This document shows positions 48,409 through 59,129 of a stretch of DNA of 64,000 nt, one piece after another. Location: positions 25,916,001-25,980,000 of the forward strand of contig NC_043007.1 of the NCBI RefSeq assembly GCF_006345805.1. Reading direction: 5' to 3'. The DNA comes from Octopus sinensis (Eukaryota). The translations under genes and the position numbers were made by a program. The first letter of the stretch is position 1, and each line of letters opens with the position of its first letter. The notes below the pieces were generated by a model that was given only the letters and a program-made list of their open reading frames with translations, was not told the origin of the DNA and did not search any database.

Positions 48409-48890
48409 GGGTCATAGCCCAACTAATTAGGGAGAGAGTCAGTTTAGATGAGATGCAGTTTGGGTTTGTGCCAGGGAAAAGCACCACCAATACTATATAA
48501 ACCTCTGTATCTGGCTTTCATTGACATGGAGAAAGCCTTTAACAGGGTTCCCCCAATCCCTTATCTGGTGGTCAATGAGGAAACAAGGAATAGAAGAATG
48601 GTTAGTGAGAGCTGTGCGAGCCATGTACAGGGTCGCTGTCAGTAAGGTGATGATTGGCAATGAGTACAGTGAAGAATTTCGGGTAGAAGTAGGAGCCCAC
48701 CAAGGTTCGGTCTTCAGCCCCCTCCTATTTATCATAGTCCTCCAGGCAATAGAGGAATTCAAGACAGGATGCTCATGGGAGCTCCTCTATGCTGATGACC
48801 TTGCTCTAATTGCTGAGTCACTATCAGGACTAGAGGAGAAGTTTCAGGTGTGAAAGCAAGGATTAGAATCGAAGGGCCTTAGAGGCAACC
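48405..48890 (+). pseudogene. RTE LINE RT fragment
   Basis: DEMQFGFVPGKST...FIDMEKAFNRV...GAHQGSVFSPLLF...ELLYADDLAL. Confidence 0.92.
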
Positions 48891-49767
48891 TATATATATA
48901 GTTTCTTTCAGTTCAGGATTGAAAATTTATAAATTTCAAAAATATAAACTTCTCTGGCATGAGATACTTCCATTATTTTCAATGATTCAGTGTTTGATAT
49001 GACCATGTATGTGTATATATGTGTGTGCATGTTTGAGAGAATGTGAATCTGAATGCACATTTTCTCCAGCTTGTTGCATAATATATTTGCCATTGTTATT
49101 ATCAACATGTACTTATTTTGCTTCCTTGTCTGCAAACTTCTCATTTTTCATGGATATTAGCCTGCAGAATATCAATGTCATCCTTTTATAATCTAATTAA
49201 TATGAGGATTCTCCACATTGTAAACAAATATGGTTGCCATCTTGCCACTTTCTCAGTGAGTTAAGCTTGCTCTCCTTTATCATTCTAATTTACATTATCT
49301 CAATTTCTTTTTGCTTTCCTTTGATTTACTACCATTGGTGTATGGAAGAGGAGGCGCTGCAGTGTATCAAAAACTTGAGTGAAAATCGTCAATGAAAGAC
49401 TACTTGAAAGATTGCAGTGGTCAGTTATTTGGGTAAAATACTAGCTCTCCAAAATTTGACACTGTTAGAACTGCTATTCAAATTTTACTCTTCTCACATT
49501 GTATTCTGAATGTTCTGTTAATATCTTCAGAAAAATTGAAGGCTTATCTACAATTCAGTTATATCATTGGATTCTGATCTGTGCATCCAAGTGAAACTGT
49601 TGCTAAGTTTATAAACATAAACTTTAAGAAGAATAAATGTCTTTTGTTCTGATCTGATCTCCTGTTTGAACTTTTCTGAGGTGACAATAAAGTGTTCAAA
49701 AGTGTCATCAACTATTGTCATTTTGAAAATAAAAACAGAATGTTTGCAATATTTTTGTTGTACTGAA

Positions 49768-50150
49768 GGTGGCAAGCTGGCAGAAATGTTAGCACGTTGG
49801 GCGAAATTCTTAGCAGTATTTTGTGTCTTTATGTTCTGAGTTCAAATCCCGCTGAGGTCAGCTTTGCCTTTCATCCTTTTGGGGTCGATAAATTAAGTAC
49901 CAGTTATACACTGTAGTCGATGTAATCAACTTAATCCCTTTGTCTGTCCTTGTTTGTCCCCTCTATGTTTAGCCCCTTGTGGGCAATAAAGAAATAAGAA
50001 ATGTTAGCACGCCTGGCAAAATGCTTAGCAGTATTTCGTCTGTCTTTACGTTCTGAGTTGAAATCCCACTGAGGTCAGCTTTGCCTTTCATCCTTTTGGG
50101 GTTGATAAATTATGTACCAGTTGTGTACTGAGGCTGATCTAATTGACTGG
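49768..50150 (+). mobile_element. SINE family C, about two tandem units
   Basis: Head at 49768; restart after AAAGAAATA at about 49996. Confidence 0.8.
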
Positions 50151-50234
50151 TTATAGTTTTTACTTCATTATATTATTTATTAGCCTAATGAACTTATTCT
50201 ATAATCTTTTAATTTTGGGAGTAATTTATTCTTT

Positions 50235-50467
50235 TTTTTATTCTTTTATTTGTTTCAGTCATTTGACTGCAGCCATGCTGGAGCACTGCCTCTAGTTGAG
50301 CAAATTGACCCCAGGATTTATTCTTTGTAAGCCTAGTACTTATTCTATTGGTCTCTTTTGCCGAACTGCTAAGTTACAGAAACGTAAACACATCAGCATC
50401 GGTTGTCAAGCGATGGCGGAGGGACAAACACAGACACAAACATACACACATACATATATATATATAT

Positions 50468-50500
<33 letters not shown>

Positions 50501-50665
50501 TTATATATGATGGACTTCTTTTAGTTTCCGTCTACCAAATCCACTCACAAAGCTTTAGTTGGTCCAAGGCTATAGTAGAAGACACTTGCCCAAGGTGCCA
50601 CGCAGTGGGACTGAACCCAGAACCATGTGGTTGGTAAGCAAGTTACTTACCACACAGCCACTCCT
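50235..50665 (-). mobile_element. SINE family A
   Basis: Homology; a degenerate plus copy follows at 50730-50990. Confidence 0.85.
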
Positions 50666-51121
50666 GTTTGAAAGAAAATAAAAGAAACTTAAGTTTTGCC
50701 TCATTGCTATCTCTAGCACAAGCATGCTATGTGATTAAGAAACTGGCTTTGCAACCACATGGTTTTTGTTCAGCTCCACTGTACAGCACCTTGGGCAAGT
50801 GTCTTTTACTCTAGCCCCAGGCCAACCAATGTCTTGTGAGTGAATTTGGTAGCCGGAAACTGTGTGGAATCCCATACACATATATGTGTGTGTATGTGTG
50901 TTTATGCTTGACTCTCACCCACCCAGCACTTGAAAACCAGTGTTGGTTTAGTTTACTTGTCTGTAACTTCAGAATTTGGTAAAAGTGATCTGATTTGATA
51001 AATATCAATGTTTAAAAAAAATATTTACTGGAGTCATATTGTTCAACTAAACTCTTCAAGGCAGTGCTACGGCATGTCTACAGTGAAACAAGTTAAATAT
51101 AAAAGATACTTCTTTGTGTAC

Positions 51122-51538
51122 TCTTTACTCTTTTACTCTTTTTCCTTGTTTCAGTCATTTGACTGCGGCCATGCTGGAGCACCGCCTTTAGTCGAGCAAA
51201 TCGACCCTGGGACTTATTCTTTGTAAGCCCAGTACTTATTCTATCGGTCTCTTTTGCCGAACCGCTAGGTGACGGGGACGTAAACACACCAGCATCGGTT
51301 GTCAAGCAATGCTAGGGGAACAGAAACACAAACACACACACACACACTTATATATATATATATATACATATATACGACAGGCTTCTTTCAGTTTCCGTCT
51401 ACCAAATCCACTCACAAGGCATTGGTCGGCCCGGGGCTATAGCAGAAGACACTTGCCCAAGATGCCACGCAGTGGGACTGAACCCGGAACCATGTGGTTG
51501 GTTAGTAAGCTACTTACCACACAGCCACTCCTGCGCCT
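51122..51538 (-). mobile_element. SINE family A
   Basis: Homology to 40-454. Confidence 0.88.
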
Positions 51539-51866
51539 ATGGTCATGTTTCATGTTCTTTGTCGTCTGTTCTTTTCTGCTGTATATAATCTCATGTGTTT
51601 GGTTAGTACGTTGAATATGCTGGAGCCCAAGCACTGCTCTTTGGTTATTGTTCTCATTCCTTCGGGAGTCACTCTCACATTTAACAAAACTTAGCAGGGA
51701 TTTAATTTTCACTTCTAAAAGAAATTATGGAACAGTCTACAATGTTTGGGTGGAGTTCACCTCTTTAGAGGGATATCTTTTTTTACCATTCAAGGTCATG
51801 TGTCTTCAAACCCATGTTCTCTAAGGTAACTTTCACCCATTAACTGTCTTTCTAAGAGATTATTCC

Positions 51867-52116
51867 TGCAATTTGTGAAGAATTTATTGGTTAGTGAGCA
51901 GCTTTTGAAACTGATGCTAAATTGATTCTGCAATGCATATACAGTAGCATAGCTAGGGAAAGGAGTGAGGGGGTGGTCTGTCTTGGTCAATGCTTTTAGT
52001 GGGGGTGACACTTTTGGGTCTGCTGTATAAGCCTGTATAGGCTTAGTGCCCCTCTGGGGTGGGACACAAACTCAAGGGTTGTCCTGGGTGGTGGTCCACA
52101 CTAAACAACACCATTG
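51867..52116 (-). mobile_element. LTR-like unit 2 (second copy at 54652-54910)
   Basis: Minus end ...CCAATAAATTCTTCACAAATT(G/A)CA with a polyA-like signal; both copies end at ACCATTG; no TSD found. Confidence 0.45.
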
Positions 52117-52122
52117 ACTTTG

Positions 52123-52419
52123 TGTAGTGTGTGTGTAGTGTGATGGAGGAAAAAGACAACAGAAAAAGAAGCAAACGAGAGAAAGAAATGCAGAGACCTT
52201 ACCTGTTGACCCTGGTAGGATGAGCGATCTCTCTCAAGAAATAAACACGTCCTTGCATGCTGCTGTCTCTCCTCGAACTGCCCCACGTGCTTCCTGCCAT
52301 GCATGTGCCTGTGGCTGTTCCACCTGTCTCTGCAGTCTTCACTTCCGTCTACCTCATCTGCAATCCTCTCCACCAACACCGCATAGCTCATCACAGCCCA
52401 TAACACCACAAACACCACA
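52123..52419 (-). mobile_element. Short solo-LTR-like unit 1
   Basis: TGTGGTG...CACTACA termini; 5-bp TSD CTTTG at 52118-52122 and 52420-52424. Confidence 0.7.
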
Positions 52420-52881
52420 CTTTGTTTTAATTTATATGAGATATTTCAGCTCTTATCTTTTGATAATTCATTATTTCTTGATTCAAACATATAAACTGTG
52501 TGTATATACATTGTATTATTAAGAAACATCATCTAAAATAATTCTTTCTCTAATTAATTATTCAATGTTTTAAACACAATGCAACTACATACTGTTAGAT
52601 TTCTTAAAATGCTAAACTGATACTTTAGCAGAACTTTTGTCTTCTTTTTAAGCAAGGACATTAGGTAAATTCTTAGATTAATTAGATAAATTATTTGTTA
52701 ATTCTTTGTGGCAGATCCAATATATTATACATATTCAACAATTCATTAGGAAGAGCTTGTTATGACTCTTTGTAATAAATATATCAAATGTTCTTCAAAT
52801 CTAAAAGTTCTCAAACTATCAGCTTCAGCAGCAGCAGACTTTGACTATTTCTATTATTATACATACATACATACATATATA

Positions 52882-52920
<39 letters not shown>

Positions 52921-52926
<6 letters not shown>

Positions 52927-53730
52927 GGATTAGCTGTGTGGTATGTAGCTTGCCTACCAACCACGTGGTTCCAGGTTCAGTCCACTGCGTGGCACCTTGG
53001 CAAGTGTCTTCTACTATAGCCTCGGGCCAACCAAAGCCTTGTGAGTGGATTTGGTTGATGGAAACTGAAAGAAGCCTGTCTTTTATGTATATATATATGT
53101 GTGTTTGTTTGTGTGTCTGTGTATGTCCCCCCAACATTGCTTGACAACCGATGCTAGTGTGTTTACATCCCTGTAACTTAGCGGTTTGGCAAAAGAGACC
53201 GATAGAATAAGTACTAGGCTTACAAAGAATAAGTCCTGGGCTCTATTTGATCAACTAAAGTTGATGCTCCAGCATGGCAACAGTCAAATGACTGAAACAA
53301 GTAAAAGAATAAAAGAATATATATATATATAGGCGCAGAAGTGGCTGTGTGGTAAGTAGCTTGCTAACCAACCACATGGTTCCGGGTTCAGTCCCACTGC
53401 ATGGCATCTTGGGCAAGTGTCTTCTGCTATAGCCCCGGGCCGACCAATGCCTTATGAGTGGATTTGGTAGACGGAAACTGAAAGAAGCCTGTCGTATATA
53501 TGTATATATATATATAAGTGTGTGTGTGTGTGTTTGTGTTTCTGTCCCCCTAGCATTGCTTGACAACCGATGCTGGTGTGTTTAGGTCCCCGTCACTTAG
53601 CGGTTCGGCAAAAGAGACCGATAGAATAAGTACTGGGCTTACAAAGAATAAGTCCCGGGGTCGATTTGCTCGACTAAAGGCTGTGCTCCAGCATGCCCGC
53701 AGTCAAAATGACTGAAACAAGTAAAAGAGT
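52921..53730 (+). mobile_element. Two head-to-tail SINE family A copies (52921-53320 and 53331-53730)
   Basis: Two complete head-body-tail units. Confidence 0.85.
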
Positions 53731-53750
53731 ATATATATGTATATATATAT

Positions 53751-53802
<52 letters not shown>

Positions 53803-53889
53803 TATATATATATTCAAATTGTAATAAGAATGATCATGCTGTGACAGGCACCAAAAGATAAGTAGCTAAGCTGCACAATGGTTAAGAAT

Positions 53890-54650
53890 CGGATTGCTTT
53901 TCATTCAAGGCTGTCTTAACAATATTGTAGGCACCCAGACAAATCGATGCACCGGACCAAATAGTCTATATTTATTGATTGCAAACCACAAAAATGCAGA
54001 GCCCAGAATTGAATTCTGAACCTGTGAGGTCCTTGAGCAACAACCCCGTGTGGCCACGCTTTAAGGTGGTAGCTTTCATATAAAAAGACGTCCTTTCTTG
54101 TAGAAATTGGTGCTGTTGTCAAACAATTGCAGTTCAGTAGACTCAGGGGCCTCATCATGCAAACGTTAGTAACATCCAAAGTGATGATCCCCTTAGAAAA
54201 CTTTCATGAATATTGTCTGATTCAGTTATCAGAATTTCAGTTAAGGCTCCTGTGTTGGTAACACTTAAAAGTACCTCTGCTAGCGATATGTAAAATGCAC
54301 CCATGCCAGTGACACATAGAAGGCACCTGAGCTAGTGACATGTAAATGACATCCAGTACACTCTATGGAGTGGTTGGCATTAGGAAGGGCTTCTAGCCAT
54401 AGAAACCAAGCCAAATCAGACTGGAACCTGATGTAGCACTCTGGCTTACCAGTTCCAAACTGTCTTCCTTGCCAGCATCGAAAACAGAGGCTAAATGATG
54501 AGGAGGATGACATCCATTTGTGTAAAATGCTTACATCACAATATTCAGAAAGAGTATCTGTTTATCATGGCATCAGTAATTGAAGAAGAAATTGCCTAAG
54601 AAGTGTCAAAAATCATTCTGAAAACTGAGAGAAGCCCTATGTACTTGACA
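53890..54650 (+). pseudogene. hAT (ZMYM1/TTF-zinc-finger-like) transposon left part, decayed
   Basis: TIR-like CAAGGCTGTCTTAAC; fragments NNPVWP, SFLVEIG and GISN*RRNCLRSVKNHSEN (cf. GFSNWK....HE.S). Confidence 0.4.
54290..54512 (+). mobile_element. RTE 3'-end element (family B), diverged
   Basis: Family B homology. Confidence 0.65.
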
Positions 54651-55156
54651 ATGTAATTTGTGAAGAATTTATTGGTTAGTGAGCAGCTTTTGAAACTGAT
54701 GCTAAATTGCTGCTGCAATGCATATACAATAGGATAGCTAGGGAAAGGAGTGAGGGGGTAGTCGGTCTTGGTCAATGCTTTTAGTGGGGGGGGGGGGGTG
54801 ACACTTTCGGGTCTGCTGTATAAGCCTGTATGGGCTTGTTGCCCCTCTGGGGTCAAACACAAACTCAAGAGCTGTCCTGGGTGGTGGCCCACACTCAAAC
54901 AACACCATTGTGTATATTGTCAGTATTGACATCCAATTATATGCCATCTGTATTGCCTGGGTAAGAGCTCGAAAATCACTGGTATTCAGGCAAAGCTGCT
55001 TGTTTCGTTTTTCATCTAATTTTACTGTAACATTTTGTGCCTCAACCTGGTTGTGGTTAGTTGCATAGAACTGTAAAGGCAGTAGGGAAAATTTTCACTA
55101 TGCAGTAGCAACTCCATCTCTAAATGGTTTGATTCAGTGTTCATCACCACTACATG

Positions 55157-55803
55157 AATGCAACACACAGCCTACCAAATGCTGTCATTCATCAATAATT
55201 ATTCAACAATTCTAATACCACACTGAAGGTGTCTTGCTGTGAAACAAAGACTACGTCTCCAAGATTCAGATTTTCTTAACATTGTCTGTTAAATGGCAAT
55301 TGCTCCTAAATTAGCCTGTCTCTTGACCACTATACGATCTTACAGGTAAGTTTCCATGATTTGCAGCTCAGAAAAACTGTGTTCACAACCCACAATTTAC
55401 AGGCGTCACTGCTGAAATTTGGATGGTTCTGTGGTGTTAGCGGTGTTATGGGCTGTGATGAGCTATGTGGTGTTGGTGGAGAGGATGACAGATGAGGTGG
55501 GCGGAAGTAAGGCTTGCAGGGGCCGGCGGAAGAGTGAAAGGCACATGCGTGGGCAGGAAGCACATGTGGTCAGCAAGCATGTGTGGTCAGTTCCAGCAAA
55601 GTGGGCAGAGCGACAAGACATGTTGAATTAGTGAGAGAGACCACTGATTTCACCGAGGTAAGGCCTTTTGTATTTCTTTCTCCCATTGCTTCTTTTTCTG
55701 TTGTCCTTTTCCTCCATCACACTACAGGTTCAAAGAAAGCATTCACTAGATATTACTTAGTGTCTTTCACCCCTACAACTGCAACACTCTGCCTTCAGAT
55801 CAT
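55157..55803 (-). repeat. Inverted duplicate of the hAT C-terminal region plus LTR unit 1
   Basis: Reverse complement of 56998-57535 and 57822-57928. Confidence 0.85.
55430..55726 (+). mobile_element. Short solo-LTR-like unit 1
   Basis: TG...CA; 5-bp TSD GGTTC at 55425-55429 and 55727-55731. Confidence 0.75.
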
Positions 55804-56011
55804 CGAAGAAGAAAACGGTGGACAGCTAGTGGAGCTAAAAAACACTTGGATTTGTTAGAACGCATCTTGTCATGATGTGCATTGTACGTTTCCATCTATT
55901 TTGAACATTCTACCATATTTTGGTTAAGATATCAAAGCACACTGAAGAGACAGAATGAGGACAAGTCACTTTTATCACTGTTCTTTTTACCTGCAAATAT
56001 TTTATCTATTT

Positions 56012-56256
56012 ACTCTATTACTTGTTTCAGTCATTTGACTGCGGGCATGCTGGAGCACTGCCTTTTTAGTCGAGCAAATCGACCCCGGGACTTATTCTTT
56101 GTAAGCCTAGTACATATTCTATCGGTCTCTTTTGCCGAACCGCTAAGTTACGGGGACACAAACACACCAGCATCGGTTGTCAAGCGATGTTGGGGGGACA
56201 GACACAGACACACAAGCATATATACACGCACACACACATACATACACCCCCCACAT

Positions 56257-56320
<64 letters not shown>

Positions 56321-56533
56321 ATATTGGCAGGCGAGACTGCTAGGTAGTCGATATATATATATACACATATATACAATGGGCTTCTTTCAGTTTCTGTCTA
56401 CCAAATCCACTCACAAGGCTTTAGTCGGCCCGAGGCTATAGTAGAAGACACTTGCCCAAGGTGCCACGCAGTGGGACTGAACCCGGAACCATGTGGTTGG
56501 TAAGCAAGCTACTTACCACACAGCCACTCCTAT
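56012..56533 (-). mobile_element. SINE family A with an expanded internal microsatellite
   Basis: Homology to 40-454. Confidence 0.85.
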
Positions 56534-56539
56534 GCAGAA

Positions 56540-57900
56540 CATGTTCTGCTTGGAATTGAACCTCTAACAAGACTATTGTAATCATTTGCACAGTATATGA
56601 TGACTGTAGCAAGCAAATTCAAATCTACCGAATATGATGAATGCAGCAAGCAAATTCATATGTTATACCATGAAAATATGTGATGTGTGATCAAGTAGTA
56701 GGCCACTGAATTCATTAAGGACTTCCAGCTGGTTTCAGAGAAGTCAAAACAGTGAAGCAAATTACAACAATCCTTGGAAAATGAAGCAGACAGTGAAATT
56801 GATGGAAGTTGGCCAATAAGTAGTGGAAATAGTTTTTACCAATCTTCACTGGATTAGAATAACTTAGAAGCCCGATTCCACTTTTTAACAGAAAGCTATA
56901 ACTTCATCAAGAGTCTTTCTAATCTTAATACTCAAAGTGACCAACTTCTCAATATTGAAAATATCAAAATTCATGGCAGAGGTTTATCAGCTGAACTTGG
57001 ATGATCCGAAGGCAGAGTGTTGCAGTTCTAGGGGTGAAAGACACTGAGTAATATGCAGTGAATGCTTTCTTTGAACTTGTAGTGTGATGGAGGAAAAGGA
57101 CAACAGAAAAAGAAGCAATGGGAGAAAGAAATACAAAAGGCCTTACCTCGGTGAAATCAGCAGTCTCTCTCACGAATTCAACATGTCTTGTCGCTCTGCC
57201 CACTTTGCTGGAACTGACCACATGTGCTTCCTGCCCACGCATGTGCCTTTCACTCTTCCGCCGGCCCCTGCAAGCTTTACTTCCACCCACCTCATCTGTC
57301 ATCCTCTCCACCAACACCACATAGCTCATCACAGCCCATAACACCGCTAACACCACAGAACCATCCAAATTTCAGCAGTGACGCCTGTAAATTGTGGTCT
57401 GTGAACACAGTTTTTCTGAGCTGTGAATCATGGAAATTTACCTGTAAGATCCTATTGTGGCCAAGAGACAGGCTAATTTAGGAGCAATTGCCATTTAACA
57501 GATAACGTTAAGAAAATCTGAATCTTGGAGACATAGTCTGAAGAGTCTTTCTAATCTTAATCCCCAATGTGACCAACTTCTCAATATTAAAATTATCAAA
57601 ATTCATGGCAGAGATTTATCAGCTGAACTTGGATGATCTGAAGGCAGAGTGTTGCAGTTGTAGGGGTGAAAAATACTGAGTAATATGCAGTGATGCCTGT
57701 AAACACAGTTTTTCTGAGCTGTGAATCATGGAAACTTACCTGTAAGATCCTATAGTGGCCAAGAGACAGGCTAATTTAGGAGCAATTTCCATTTAACAGA
57801 CAACGTTAAGAAAATCTGAATCTTGGAGACGTAGTCCTTTGTTTCACAGCAAGACACCTTCAGTGTGGTATTAGAATTGTTGAATAATTATTGATGAACG
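56540..57900 (+). pseudogene. hAT transposase C-terminal (dimerisation domain) relic, tandemly duplicated
   Basis: Frameshifted IQISAVTPV..VCEHSFSEL*IMETYL..SGQE..NLGAISI..NLGDVVLCFTAR, cf. LRI.LTLPV...CERSFSKL..IK.YLRS.M.QERL..LA..SIE. Confidence 0.6.
57078..57357 (-). mobile_element. Short solo-LTR-like unit 1 (inverted twin of 55430-55726)
   Basis: TG...CA; flanks GAACT / GAACC. Confidence 0.7.
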
Positions 57901-58369
57901 ACAGCATTTGGTTGGCTGTGTCTTGCATTTATAATGACTACACTAATATTTATACATTTCCATATTTTTTTTACTAACCAGTGACTTTTGCATTGACATA
58001 TATACACTAGATGAATAAACTGAACAGCATTCAAAATATATCAAATGGAATAAGTTCAAGTTTTCATTGCAATATAGCCTAAATAGGAATAAAAAGACAG
58101 TTCATTATTATTGAGAATAAATAAAGCAGAAAGAAATAGTACATCTTATCACTAAGTGGACTGACATAGCTTCAAGTATCAGAACGTCAGATCATTCTAA
58201 GCAAACCAAGTAGAAAAAGTGAGAACATTCATCATTGGCAATAAGTGGTATAGTTCTGTATAGCACCATAAGTTGTTCCATCTGGGAATTCAAAATCCCT
58301 GTTTTTATAACACTCCATGGGACTTCTAGAAAATTCAACCAAGCTATTAGATGGGAAGATTTCAGCACT

Positions 58370-58925
58370 CTGTCCACTTTCTATGCTGGCATGGGTTAGA
58401 TGGTTTGACGAATTCATAAGCCAGGTGGCTGCACCAGGTTCAAATCTGATCTGGTAGAGTTTCTACAGCTGGATTCCCTTCCTAATGCCAACCACTCTGA
58501 GAGTGCAGTGGGTGCCTTTACGTGCCACTGGCACAAGGGCCAGTCAGGCAGTACTGGCAAAGGCCACGCTCAAATGGTGTTTTTTTTGTGCCACCTGCAC
58601 AGGAGCCAGTCCAGTGGCACTGGCAATGACCTCGTTTGAATGTTGCTTTTCATGTGCCACTGGCACAAGTGCCAGCAAGGAAACGCTGATAACAATCAAA
58701 CTCGAATAGTGCTTTTTATGTGCCACCTGCATGGGAGCCAGTCAGCAGCCCTGGCAATGATCATGCTCGGATGGTGCTCTTAGCGCTCCACTAGCATGGA
58801 TGCCAGTCATGCGGTGCTGTCATCAAATTTGATTTCGATTTCACTTGCCTCAACAGGTCTTCGCAAGGTCCAATGAAGGAAAGGTATGCATAAGTGGGCT
58901 GGTTACACCACTGGCAATTAACCCA
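58370..58925 (-). mobile_element. RTE 3'-end element (family B), long, diverged
   Basis: Family B tail plus internal modules. Confidence 0.75.
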
Positions 58926-59129
58926 TGGGTTATAGCACATCAGACAAAAAATGTTTTGCAAAATTTCTTCTGATTTTTTATGTTTTGCATTCAAGTCTCA
59001 CCAAAGTCAAATCTGCCTTAAGGAAGCAATAAAATAAAGTACCAGTTAAATTCTGGAGTCAGTGTAATCTTCTAAAACCCACCACGACCATCTAAAAGTT
59101 GCTGGCTTTTAAATTCATGGACAAATTCT

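Noticed and set aside
48908-49775. AT-rich minus ORFs as exons or a transposase
   Set aside because: No convincing motif in any frame.
56964-57368. 134-aa ORF repeated at 52101 and 55419 as a gene family
   Set aside because: Lies within TSD-bounded LTR-like units; an 18-nt duplication and divergence between copies are not gene-like.
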